A DNA stretch of 64,000 bases, taken from contig OX597831.1 in the NCBI GenBank assembly GCA_951406725.2, forward strand, positions 23,932,001 to 23,996,000. Direction: 5' to 3'. How positions within the stretch are numbered: position 1 is the stretch's first letter; every line of letters starts with the position of its first letter. Positions 51,650 through 64,000 of this stretch are shown here, one piece after another. The position numbers and the translations under genes were made by a program. The notes under the pieces were generated by a model that made no database searches, was not told the origin of the DNA, and saw nothing but the letters and a program-made list of their open reading frames with translations. Origin of the DNA: Octopus vulgaris (taxonomy: Eukaryota).

Positions 51650-52075
51650 ACCAGGTGAAATGCTTCATGGTATTTCATCTGTCTTTACATTCTGAGTTCA
51701 AATTCTGCCAGGGTCAACTTTGCCTTCCATCCATTTGGGGTTGATAAATTAAGTACCAGTTGTACACTGGATTGATCTAATCGACTGGCACCATCCCCAA
51801 AAGTTACGGGCCCAGTGCCTAGAGCAGAAAAGAATATGTGTGTTTTGACATGTCTGTACACACATACACATGCACACACACGCACACGCATGCACACACG
51901 CACATACACACATATATATATACATATATACGACAGGCTTCTTTCAGTTTCCATCTACCACATCCACACGCAAGGTTTTGGTCGACCTGAGGTTATAGTA
52001 GACGACACTTGCCCATGGTACTACATAGTAGGACTGAACCCAGAACCATGTGGTTGGGAAGCAAGCTTCTTACTA
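51650..52075. mobile_element. SINE B (+) 51650-51835 and SINE A head (-) 51925-52075
   Basis: Matches to the families above. Confidence 0.78.
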
Positions 52076-53189
52076 CACACAAACCTATGTGTTTTTTTTC
52101 TCTCTTCTTCTCCCTGCCACCACTCTCTTGCTCTGTCTCTCAAATCCTTGTTTTCATTCCTTTCTATATCACCCTCTCTCTGTCTGCCTGATTGAGAATG
52201 AAGTCAACTTGAATGTGTTGCTCGTAAATAACAATAAATTGGCCTTCTACAGGTCTTTATTGATGAAGCCCAAATATGTATACATGTTGATTTATTTACA
52301 GTAACTTTGCTATAGGATAAATGTATGTGTGCATGCATGCATGTGTGTGTGTGTGTTTGTGTGTGTAGTGTAATGTATGCGAAACGTATGCTGAGAGTGA
52401 GAACTATGTATTGAATACACGATTACTATGTCAGGAGAGAAGATATTGTCTTCTCACAAGAAAATAACCATTGATTCATATTACTGATGTCAATTTAGTC
52501 ATATGTAAAGTAGTGTTTTGATGGTGTGGTAGTGGAGAAGAAAGCAGAGGTGGTGGTGGTTGTGGTGATGGTTGTGGTGGTGGTGATGGTGGTGGTTGTG
52601 GTGTGGTTGAGGTGGTGGTGGTTGTGGTGGTAGTTGTGGTGGTGGTTATGGTGGTATGGTTAAAATATGTCGAATATAAGAGAAGTTGTAGCAGCGTTAT
52701 TGATGGTTGTTGTTGAGCACTTGGTCTGGTTTGATCAAAGGAAATCCAAACGTGACCATCCCCTGTTATATTTCATATATTCTGTATCTTCAACTATATC
52801 ATCAAATGTATTGATTTATTTTTGCAATTATGCAAATTTTACTGGTTGTAATTATTTTTTTTCTAGTTCATTACTGATGAGGTCTAATAAGACCAAAACA
52901 TGTTTGTAACCATCATATATTTGTAGCATTGGTGTGCTGGTAAAAAGGTAAATGAGTTGTTCTTGACCATTCTATAGACCTTTTAGATTACTGTTTTATT
53001 CAGGTGGACACCCACCCACTTCTAAGTTTGAAAATACAATTTTCTGCAAAATTAATTCTTAATTTCTGAAAATATCTTCCTTTTTACCTTGAGACCTGCC
53101 CAGCAATTAACTCTAAATTTCCATTATGTTCTTCAACTAAGTGCCAAACCTCAATTCATTAAGAATTTGTTTGCACACTTTGTCCAGTA

Positions 53190-53611
53190 TAATAATAATA
53201 AAATTATTGTATGCAGTGCTCAGGTGCACCACAACTTGTCAGAAAGTGCGTATAAAGCAGATGCAGTAATGTACAAATGTCTGGAAAGTGAATAATGTAT
53301 GAGTCAGATACATGCTTGTGTATGTATGAAGGGGAGAAAATCAGGTGTAGTGTTGGCGAATCTCAGAAAGCATGGAAGTTTTGAAGGATGCAGTGCTCCG
53401 ACAACTAAAAACTGATGTTGGCAGTTTGTTCCATGCTTCAGCAACTCTCAGCATGAAACAAATGTTTCCTAAAGTCATGGGAGCTGTGCTGTTTTCTGAC
53501 TTTGTAAATATGTCCACGGGTGTTAGACGGGTGGAGTTTGAAAAGGTGCTCAGAGTTATTGTTTGTAAGATGGTTAATAATTCTATGGGTGTCTGCTATG
53601 TTCCAGCTATC
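53190..53611 (-). pseudogene. CR1-type LINE ORF2 C-terminus and 3' UTR
   Basis: HLFKLHPSNTRGHIYKVRKQHSSHDFRKH (frameshift) LRVAEAWNKLPTSVFSCRSTASFK, typical TRGH...F..RV...WN.LP motif. Confidence 0.82.
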
Positions 53612-53921
53612 TGAATTATTTTTTATTAAGGATAGGATAGTAAGGTGTGATTTGAAGAAAATTTGGTTGCTGTTTCTAACAGGTTAAGTGACCACATAAA
53701 AGTTTCTAACTTGTAGCATTGGTGTGTTGGTAATAGGACAAATGAACGCTTCTCGACAATTCTATGGACCTCTTCTTTGATTACTGTTTTCTTCAGGTGG
53801 ACACCCATAACCATCTAATATTTAAAAACCAGTTTTATACATGCTCCTTTCAAAATTCGTATTTTGTCTCTCATCCATTAACTCAGCTGGGTTGAACATT
53901 AGGGCAAGGACCATTAATGCA

Positions 53922-54286
53922 TCTTTTATCTTTTACTTGTTTCAGTCATTAGACTGTGGCCATGCTGGGGCACCACGTTGAAGGACTTTTAGTCGAATGA
54001 ATTGACACCAGTACATGTTTTTAAAGCCTGGTACTTATTTTGTCATTTATTTTGCCAAACTGTTAAATTACAGGGATGCAAACACACCAACACAGGTGGT
54101 GATGGGGGGACAAACACATACACACACACATATACACATGATGGGTCTCTGTTAATTTCCATCTACTAAATCCATTCACTAGGCTTTGATTGGTCCAAGG
54201 CTATGGTAGATGACACCTACCCAAGGGGCTACACAGTGGGACTGAACCCAGAACCATGTGGCTGGGAAGCAAACTTCTTACCACTC
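53922..54286 (-). mobile_element. Diverged SINE family A
   Basis: Tail, (CA)n and head all present. Confidence 0.83.
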
Positions 54287-54799
54287 AAAATGAGATTTAT
54301 TTTTCAGGGACCCTTAAAACACTACTACGGATCACCAATTTACGATTTTGCATGTGTGGACCCCAAAAGTCTTACATGGATCATCAGGGCTCAAATGCAA
54401 CCTGGTTGAGAATCATTAGCATTGTTAATGGTAGTCAAGGCAGCAGCAGCAGAAGTGGTTCTGGTGATGGTACCGAGATTAGACAATAACGGTAAACTGA
54501 CTAAGCAACTTGGCAATGGTAGGAGTGATGGTCAAAGCTAGTAGCGTTCATACTGTTGGGCGTAGCAATGGAGGTAATGGTGGTGGTAGTGGTGGCGGCG
54601 GTGTGGTGTGGGGAGTGGTGGTGGTGGTGGGGGATGGAAGAATGAAGTTACTTGATTGAAATATAAGACGAAAGAAAGACAGCTAAGATATCTCATAAGC
54701 AGCAGCTTTAAGACGCCTAAAACTCTGTTATCTTTCCATTTCAGATGAAGACTGGATAAATATAAGAGCTTTCACACACCTTACTCTCTTTTCCTCTTT

Positions 54800-54904
54800 A
54801 CATATATATATGTATATATACATATATATATATATGCATGTATATATATGCATATATATTTATATATATTTAAATATATATACATATATATTATATATAT
54901 ATGC

Positions 54905-54953
<49 letters not shown>

Positions 54954-55138
54954 TTCATATACATATATATTATATATATATGCATATATATATAAACATA
55001 TATACATACATATATATATATTGTAAATATATATATATTTACAATATATATATATGTATATATATATAATATATATGTATATACATACATATATATTATA
55101 TATATATTTATATATATGTATACATATACATCTATACA

Positions 55139-55174
<36 letters not shown>

Positions 55175-55545
55175 TTATACACACACAGAGAAAGAGATAT
55201 ATATATATGTATGTGAATATGTAAGTATATATGTGTGTATACATACACACATATATGTATACATATATATATGTATATAGATATGCATACAACTGCGTGT
55301 ATATACACATGCATACATGCATATGTATGCGCATGTGTGGCTGTATTGAAGACTAGTTAATTAAGCATATCAAAGACATATATTTAAAGGAAATAAAATA
55401 CGACGCTAACATATATATTAATCAGCTTACACACACACACACACACATATATATACATATATATATGTATGTGTGTGTGTGTGTGTGTGTGCGTGCATTG
55501 ATGCATATGCATACAAACCCATGTGTGTGTGTGTGTGTGACTGTG
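54800..55545. repeat. TA/CA/TG microsatellite block
   Basis: Direct inspection. Confidence 0.93.
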
Positions 55546-55648
55546 TCTGTGTCTGGAAAGAAATACTGTTTAATTAGATATATTTATACAGACTGAACAT
55601 CTGAAAGAAATGCAGTTTGACAATGTTGGATGCATATGTGTGCATATA

Positions 55649-55693
<45 letters not shown>

Positions 55694-55749
55694 TTCTGTG
55701 TATGTATGTGCATGTAAAATGCATGGAACAGAGAGCAAGAGGGAGGGGG

Positions 55750-55787
<38 letters not shown>

Positions 55788-55964
55788 AAGTAGAAGTATT
55801 TAAACACGTGAACGTATGTATATGTAGCATCTTCTATGGCAGAAGGAGAGGTAATGAAGTCTGTCGGAACATGCAGCTGCCTGTCTAGTCATTTAGTTCA
55901 TCTCTTCTCAAGAAGTAGGGATAAAGAAAAATGCAACTTCTCGCTGCAGCAGATTTAAAGAAAC

Positions 55965-56310
<346 letters not shown>

Positions 56311-56379
56311 GTGACTGTGTGGTAAGTAGCTTGCTTACCAAACCACATGGCACCTTGGGCAAGACCAAAGCCTTGTGAG

Positions 56380-56778
56380 TGGTACCATCCACTCTTGCCA
56401 TTTTCACAACTTCATCCCACCTTTCAGTAAACTCACTCGAGGACAGCACTTTCCCTCTCCACTCTCAATTACCTTTTCAAGTGAAACTTGAAGGAGTCAT
56501 TGAGAGCTCTACCAAAGAGGAATGTATCTGTCCTTATGTCTTTCAGCCTTGTCCACCAAACAATTTCTTTCACCACAGCCATCAGGCAACAGAAAACTGC
56601 CTTGCCTGCCCAATTGGAGGGCAGTGGTGCAATCATCACTACAGACTCGGCACACAGACAGATCGGTTCCACACATAACTGTAGCTGTTCAACATAACCC
56701 CACAAGTCAGCAATGCCAGACACTGAATGAGGGTGTGCAGAAAGGTCTCATCACTCTGCATGCACTTCAGGCACCATA
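56380..56778 (-). pseudogene. Tx1/L1-clade LINE ORF2 C-terminal relic (CCHC zinc knuckle)
   Basis: CLKCMQSDETFLHTLIQC (frameshift) GIADLWGYVEQL...VVKEIVWWTRLK...EFTERW. Confidence 0.72.
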
Positions 56779-56934
56779 ACTTATTGACCCTGAAAGAAAG
56801 AAAAGCCGAGTTAACCGTGGTGGAATTTGAACTCAGAATATAAAGATGAAATGCTGCAAAGAAGTTTGTCTGGAGTGCTAATGATTCTATCATCATTCTA
56901 TAATGATGATGATGATGATGATGATGATAGGAGG

Positions 56935-57269
56935 AGGAAACCCCCTTCAGTCATGAATGACCGTGGGATTGCACCTAGGAAGTTACCCACGAAGGCACAA
57001 GTCCAGGCAAGGTTGTTTATGGAAGACCAGCAGTTGCCCATGCATACCAGCCTCCCCTCTCCACACTACTGATGTTATCCAAGAGAAAGGCAAAGGGTCC
57101 GATACAGCTTGGCACCTGTGACGTCGCAACTCATTTCTACAGCTGAGTTAACTGGAGCAACGTGAAATAAAGTGTCTTGCTCAAGAACACAACACACAGC
57201 CTGGTCCGAGAATCAAACTCACAACCTCATGATCATAAGCTCGATGCTCTAACCACTGAGCCATTCACC
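56935..57269 (-). mobile_element. SINE family E, full length
   Basis: tRNA head tggctcagtggttagagc / gagtttgattc; ccagt.aactcagctgtagaaatgagt domain; RTE-like tail. Confidence 0.88.
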
Positions 57270-57282
57270 ATCACTGATGGTG

Positions 57283-57334
<52 letters not shown>

Positions 57335-57651
57335 TAATAATAATTCATGACGTAATCACAAGGTCTGACATATCTTTATGTTAGTTCAATCAATTATACT
57401 GATTGCTAGTTCTTGAACCAATACTTAGAATGATGAAAGACAAAATCACCTTTACTGAATTTTGAACAGGGAATGTAACCAAATGCTGCAGGGTATTTGT
57501 TTCAATATCCTTCTGTCTCTGCCAAATAATGGTTTCTATCATAGCCTCAAGGTCACATATTTTGGAGGAGGTGGTGACAAGGTATTTTGTCCAGTGCTGT
57601 TTTGATTCATTATCATCATCCTCATCATCATCATCATCAGCAGCAGCAGTG

Positions 57652-58060
57652 AAGGTACAATGGCCCAGTGGTTAAAGCAGTGGACTCGTGGTCGGAGGAT
57701 CGCAGTTTCGATTCCCAGACCGGGCGTCGTGTGTGTTTATTGAGCGAAAACACCTAAAGCTCCATGAGGCTCCGGCAGTGGGAGGTGACGACCACTGTTG
57801 TATTCTTTCACTCCAACTTTCTCTCACTCTTTCTTCCTGTTTCTTGTCCCCGACTTCCTACGCAACCGCTGAGCCTGGATGCGCATTCATCCATCCGTCG
57901 ATGCTCTTGGTGTCGGGGGGTTTGACCTGCTTTCTCTTCTGCGGGTCTTATGAATAGCCAAGGACCACGTTCCGGACTTCTCCCACTACAGACAATCCAG
58001 AGGCGAGCTCTTGGACGAAGACCGCTTCGCTCAAGAAACAAACAAACAAACAAACAAACA
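57652..58060 (+). mobile_element. SINE family D, tail type 4 ending (AAAC)n
   Basis: tRNA head tggcccagtggttaa / gtttcgattccc; GC-rich tail. Confidence 0.87.
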
Positions 58061-58077
58061 AGCAGCAGCATCAACAT

Positions 58078-59355
58078 CATCAGCATCTAATGTCTGTTTT
58101 CCATGCTGGCATGGGTTGGAAAATTTGATAGCAGCTGGCCAGACTCCAATTGTCTGTTGTGGCATGGTTTCTAGAGCTGGATGCCCTTCCTAATGCTAGC
58201 CACTTTACAGAGTGTGTTGGGTACCTTTTACATGCTACTAGCTCCAGTGCATTTATACAGCACCAGCACAAGTGCATTCTATGTGGCACTGGCACTTGCA
58301 AAGGAGCAGCCTCTACGTATGGATGACAGCAATTCTATGTAGCTTGACACGTCTTTTCAAGAACGACAAATCACCAATACTAATACTAAAAACAATTCTA
58401 GTGGTTTCTGATTTACAGACAAGGTCAACAATTTTCAGGGTAGGGGTTTAGTTGATGCCATTGATCCCAGGACATGGTCGATACTTTATTTTAACAAGCT
58501 AAGAGAGATGAAAGATGAATTCAACTTCAATGGTGTTTGAATTCAGAGGTGAAGAGCTGGAAAAAAATACAACTCATTTTTCCTTTTCCCAGTACTCTAA
58601 CCATACGGCTAATACATTGTTCATCATCATCATCATCATCATCGTTTAGTGTCCGTTTTCCACACTAGCACAGGTTGGACGGTTTGACCAGGGTCTGGGA
58701 AGCCAGGGGCTGCACCAGGCTCCAGTCTGATCTGGCAGTGTTTCTACAGCTGGATGCCCTTCCTAACGCCAACCACTCCGCGAGTGTAGTGCGTGCTTTT
58801 TACGTGCCACTGGCACAGGTGCCGTGGGAGTCTGGGCATCGGCCACAATCGGTTGGTGCTTTTAATGTGCCACCGGCACGGAAGCCAGTGAGGGCGCTTT
58901 ATGATAATTGTTTATTATTTATGTTCCTCTGTCAATCCGTCCAACCCATGTCAGCATGGAAAATGGATCTTAAATGATGATGACGATGATGATGATGTGC
59001 AAGGCCAGTAATTTTTGGAGAAGTGTTTCTCAGTTAAATCATTGGTGCCATGTAAAAAGAACACATGTTGGTGCCATGTTAAAGCACTCATGCTCATTGC
59101 ACATAAGAGGCACTTGTGCTAGTGCCACACATGAAGCATCCATACAAATGCCACATAAAAGATACCCAGTACACTCTGTAAAGAGGCTGGCATTAGGAAG
59201 AGCATCCAGCTATAAAGACAATGTCAAAACAGAAAATTGGAGTCTGGTGCAAGCATCTTGCTAGCCAGCTAAAAATTGTCCAACCCATGCCAGCATGGAA
59301 AACTTGTATTAAAAGATGATGTCAATGGTGATGACGACGGCGATGATGATGATGA
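58078..59355. mobile_element. Cluster of SINE C copies (58078-58300 -, 58622-58895 -, 59045-59355 +) and SINE B remnants
   Basis: Meta-like cores and tails. Confidence 0.8.
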
Positions 59356-59677
59356 ACAACACTTGGCAGGTATTATTAATTTATGAAGGATGAAGGGCAA
59401 AGATGACCTTAGCAGAATTTGAACTCAAAGCATAAAAAACCTTAAACAAATACCACAAGGCATTTTGTCCGATGCTGCAACCCTTCTTGCCTCTTCTCCA
59501 CCCTAATAGCAATTAAGTTCTGAAAGTGTATGTGAAAGTGGGAGGTAAAACGGAGCATAAACTGGGTTGTAAATATTTTAAAGTCAATAAAAGGCCTGTA
59601 TATCGTGAAGATAAAAATCATGTACTTTTATATGAATACTTAAATATGCTATAAAAGTAGCCATAATTTTATACACC

Positions 59678-59891
59678 TTCTTCTTCTTCTTCTTCTTCTT
59701 CTTCTTCTTCTCCTTCTCCTCCTTCTCCTCCCCTCCTCCTCTCCTCCCCCTCATCTTTCTCCTCCCCCTCATCCTTATCCTCCCTCTCCTCCTCCTCCTC
59801 CTCCTCCTCATTACATCATCCTTATCCTCCCCCTCATCCTCCGCCTCCTCATCCTTCTTTTCTTCTTCTTCTTCTCCTTCTACATATATGT

Positions 59892-59935
<44 letters not shown>
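59678..59935. repeat. (CTT/CCT)n and (TG)n repeats
   Basis: Direct inspection. Confidence 0.93.
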
Positions 59936-59938
<3 letters not shown>

Positions 59939-60277
59939 AAATTTCCCTTATATGATCAGAAATATCTGGCTTTAGGGCATGACTGTATGGTAAGAAGTTT
60001 GCTCCTCAACCATATGGTTCTAGGTTCCGTTCCACTGCATCGCACCTTCACTAAATGTCTTCTGTGATAGCCCTAGGCCAACTGAAACCATTTGAATGGA
60101 TTTGGTAGATAAAAACTGAAAGAAGCTCCTCTTATACATTCATACATACCCATATATATTTATATATACATACAAACACATATATATATATATATGTATA
60201 TAGATAAAACTTACTTGGAAATGGATACATGGCATTTGATCATATAATAATATAAATAATACATATGCATATATATA

Positions 60278-60540
60278 CTGGCAATGACCTCGCTCGTAAA
60301 GATTCGAGCAAGGTCATTGCCAGTAGCACCTGACTGACCCCCGTGCCGGTGGCACGTAAAAAGTACCCACTACACTCTCGGAGTGGTCGGCATTTCGGAA
60401 GGGCATCCAGCTGTAGAAACTCTGCCAGATCAAGATTGGAGCCTGCTGCAGCCATCTGGTTTGCCAGCCCTCAGTCAAAATCGTCCAACCCATGCTAGCA
60501 TGGAAAGCGGACGTTAAACGATGATGATGAACGATGATGA
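60278..60540 (+). mobile_element. SINE family C
   Basis: Close match to 13370-13610. Confidence 0.88.
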
Positions 60541-60746
60541 TTACTATTATATATATATATACATACACACACACACACACACACACATATTTGTGAGTGA
60601 AACTATTATAAGATAATATATATTTCACCTCATTTCATCTTCATCTAAAAAAGTTCAAGTTATTTCGAGATTGATACTCTACCAATCATACCTGACCCAA
60701 AATACACCCACTTCCAAAGGCACTTACACACACACACAGACACACA

Positions 60747-60798
<52 letters not shown>

Positions 60799-60799
<1 letters not shown>

Positions 60800-61016
60800 G
60801 AGGAAGTTCTGAAAAGTTCCTGGCTTTAAGAGCATCACAAAAGACCTGGTTGGAAGCCCAATCTTCTGATTTCTTTTACAGGGTTTAGGAAAACTAAGGG
60901 ACTACTGCAATAAGTGTGTGAATCTGAGAGGGAAATATGTTGAATAAAATCATAATTGACTGATCCTCCTGTATTCTCTTTTGCCCAAAGCCCAGAACAT
61001 TTCAGCATTCTCTCAT
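60799..61016 (+). mobile_element. Short mariner MITE (third family)
   Basis: TA-cgaggaagttctgaaaagttcctggcttt / aaagcccagaacatttcagcattctctc; relic ...LRDYCNKCVNLRGKYVE*. Confidence 0.72.
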
Positions 61017-61021
61017 GTGTA

Positions 61022-61071
<50 letters not shown>

Positions 61072-61074
<3 letters not shown>

Positions 61075-61961
61075 GGTTAATATATATTGTCATCTAAATT
61101 ACACAAAAATGAGAATAACACTGACATCTCATTTTAACAGATATATTTACCAAAATTACATAAAAAATCTTGAAATAGTAAAGAGTAAATTTATTCAACA
61201 AACTTGCCATTGACTCCAACCATGGCCTTTAGACGACTTTGAAATCTCCTGCAATTCTTCTGGACACTCTCCTTGTTTGAGTGGGAAAATGTTGCCATAA
61301 TCCTTACTTTCTGTTCATCTTTGGTGTTACAAGAAGTTTTGTTGGTCTCTTGCTCAATTGAACCCCACACATAATAATCAAGAGGGTTTTAGTCTGGGGA
61401 GTTAGGTGGCCAGATGTTAGGGGTGATGTGGTCACAGGAATTGTCTGACAGCCATGACTGGGTCCTCCTGTTTGTGTGGAATGGTGCAGAGTCCTGTTGC
61501 CAAACATAGGGTCTTCCAGCAACCACCCACTTGACCCAGGACAACAGTACCTCCTCCAGGCACTTGATGTAGGCCTCTGTGTTTAGTCTGAGGCTGTGTG
61601 GAAAGATGAATGGAGGCATAACTTTGCCATCAGTAGTGATCACTCCAAACACCATCATTTTGACTGAATATTTAATGTTTATCACTCTCAGTACATGTTT
61701 TGGCTACAGAGCAAACCAACAGTTGTTCTGTGTGTTCAACATCTGTTCATATTGGAGTTTCCAATGATTGCAAATGCCAAGCAGTACAGCATGTCGTTTC
61801 CAAATTTCTGGCAAAGTGAACTGTGTCATGGTGCTGTTTTTTCTCAGAGATAGTGCCCAACTGACCCTACTATACTTTGTAGTCACTGAAATCAAATATA
61901 AACAATGCACATGAATGAAATTAAAAACATAAAAGGGCGACAATTTACACATTGCACCTTG
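61072..61961 (-). mobile_element. Tc1/mariner DD37D (maT-type) deletion derivative
   Basis: Degenerate TIRs in (TA)n; pseudo-ORF 61685-61191 MMVFGVIT...WQQDSAPFHT...WPPNSPD*NPLDYYVWG with 37 residues between the last two catalytic D. Confidence 0.88.
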
Positions 61962-61980
61962 CATATATATATATGCATAT

Positions 61981-62170
61981 GTAAAAAAATACAAACTGGG
62001 ACAAGAACGCAAAACATTTAGAAGACGATACAAAAAACACGGACGGGACATGCAAAGCCTTCAATCTTCAGTCAAGAACCGGATCATCCTCGCAATTTCG
62101 GCTGATTAATCTTGAGATTGCTCCGACCTGGCCAGCCCCAAAGGAAAATCTAAGCCAAGCGCATTAGATT
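61981..62170 (-). repeat. Dispersed repeat (family of 17835)
   Basis: Reverse-complement match. Confidence 0.65.
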
Positions 62171-63324
62171 ATATATATATATATATATATACACACACAA
62201 GCACACTTGCATACACAGTGCTGTTTTAAGGATAGAGCACACTGGACAGTTGCCAGGAGCAGCACCACAGGTCATGGAGTGCAATGCTAATCTATGTATG
62301 CTGTGATTTGATCTCAATAAATAAATTCTGTAGGTCCTGACGCCTTGCTTTGCTCAATATTTCATTTTCCCTAATGAGAACACACAGAGACATTCTCACA
62401 CTCATGTACCATCACATTCACATACTCACTCACAAATACAGTTATACGCTCTTTCAAGTACTAACACACATAGACATGCATACATTTGCACACTCTCTCT
62501 CTCAATCACTAACATAACACATACTTATACACCCTCGTCTAGTCACTAATACATGCATACATTCATACACTGCTTGGTAACCACTAACGCATACTAATGC
62601 TCACTGACATACTAACACACATTCACACGCTTCTGCATACAACCCAAAACCCAAAATGGTTTATTGCAGCTTCATGGTTCTACTTTCACTTTAATTAATT
62701 ACTATTAGAAAATTTCCATTTCAAAAGTTACTTCTGAGATAGACGTTTATGTTTATGTGTCTTTAATTAATACTGTAAAAATATTAATTTATCAAATTTA
62801 ATAAGCTAATAAATTAATGCCTGATTAATTCATTAATTCATTGATCAAGTTTTTAATCATCGTACCAAATATTTAGAATAATAAAAAAAAACAGACAAAA
62901 ATGCAGAAAAGAGCAGATGTCCCAAACATCCGGAAGCTCATGTGTAGCTTACCAGAAAGCATTAGTCTAAAGTTAGACATGTTTGCTTTTGCACTAGTTG
63001 AGGCATTAGTAGTTGTAGCATTGGTAGTTGTACTGGTGCTGTTAAATGTAAGTAATGATTTAAAATTTTGGTATAAGGCCAGTTATTTTAGGGGAGTGGG
63101 TACGTCGATTACATCAACTCCAGTGTTCGGCTGGTATTTTATTTTATCAACCCCAAAAGGATGAAAAGCAATGTCGACCTCGATGGTATTTGAACTCAGA
63201 ATGTAAAGGCTGAAGAAATGCTGCCATGCATCTTTCCCAGTGTTGTAATGATTCAGCCATCTCACTGCCCTTGGTAATATTAGTAAGTGGTAGAAGTTAT
63301 AACAGCCGGTGAATGGTAGTTGTG

Positions 63325-63495
63325 TTGGTGGTGGTGGTGCTGGTGCTGGTGGGAGATAGTATTGGTGATGGTAGTTGTGTTGGTGGTGGTGGTGGTGGTG
63401 GTGGTGGTGGTGGTGGTGGTGGTGGTGGTGGTGGTGGTGTTAGAGTGGTAGCAGTAGAGGAGAAGGTTGCAGTGGTGGTGGTGGTGGTGGTGGTG
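63325..63495. repeat. (GGT)n repeat
   Basis: Direct inspection; similar tract at 52548-52655. Confidence 0.93.
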
Positions 63496-63785
63496 ATCGT
63501 AATGTAGTTGAGTAATTTGTATTGGTTGTATTAGTGTTAGCAGTAACAGTAGCGGTGGTCACCATCATCATTGTTGGTCATTGCTATCGTCACAATAGTC
63601 ACAATTAACAATTGGTGACTAACTAACTATGAAATTACAGTTCCTGTGAACATTACTCTACCAGGGACACTAATAAAAGTACAACAATTACTTTTGATTG
63701 CCACCGTTGTAGTAAATATTATTTCAGATATAATAATTAAAAGACCATCATTATTACCAACAAAAATCAAGATTATCATTCTGCC

Positions 63786-64000
63786 TTACTCTTTATTCTT
63801 TTCTCTTTTACTTGTTTCAGTCATTTGACTGTGGCCATGCTGGAGCACTGCCTTTAGTTGAGCAAATTGACCCCAGGACTTATTCTTTGGAAGCCTAGTA
63901 CTTATTCTATTGGTCTCTTTTGCTAAACTGCTAAGTTACGGGGATGTAAACACACCAGCATCGGTTGTCAAGCGATGTTGGAGGGACAAACACAGACACA
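63786..64000 (-). mobile_element. SINE family A 3' half, truncated by the window end
   Basis: Matches 10813-11030. Confidence 0.9.

Noticed and set aside
57652-57725. tRNA genes at SINE heads (also 15075-15148, 42227-42300, 46175-46250)
   Set aside because: A/B boxes are present, but acceptor and anticodon stems are imperfect and the sequence runs into SINE bodies.

Overview
Very AT-rich, microsatellite-dense animal DNA, not a prokaryotic window. The repeat families look like those of Octopus (recognised from memory, no database search). No intact protein-coding gene is visible: nearly all listed ORFs are microsatellite or SINE artefacts. The window is dominated by (1) several tRNA-derived SINE families with swappable central and tail modules, (2) Tc1/mariner deletion derivatives, including five copies of one mariner family and one DD37D/maT relic, (3) TTAA (piggyBac-type) MITEs, (4) 3' fragments of CR1, RTE and Tx1/L1 LINEs, (5) Penelope-like termini carrying minimal type I hammerhead ribozyme motifs, and (6) long fold-back palindromes. 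A few unique islands contain low-confidence candidate exons, so the window may lie in the large introns or 3' end of a gene. The most notable observations are the hammerhead motifs, one SINE head joined to four unrelated tails, a 287-bp target-site-like duplication, concatemeric SINE insertions and nested palindromic MITEs. I see no convincing wholly new biological system. Coordinates were read by eye, and ends of diverged repeats are approximate.
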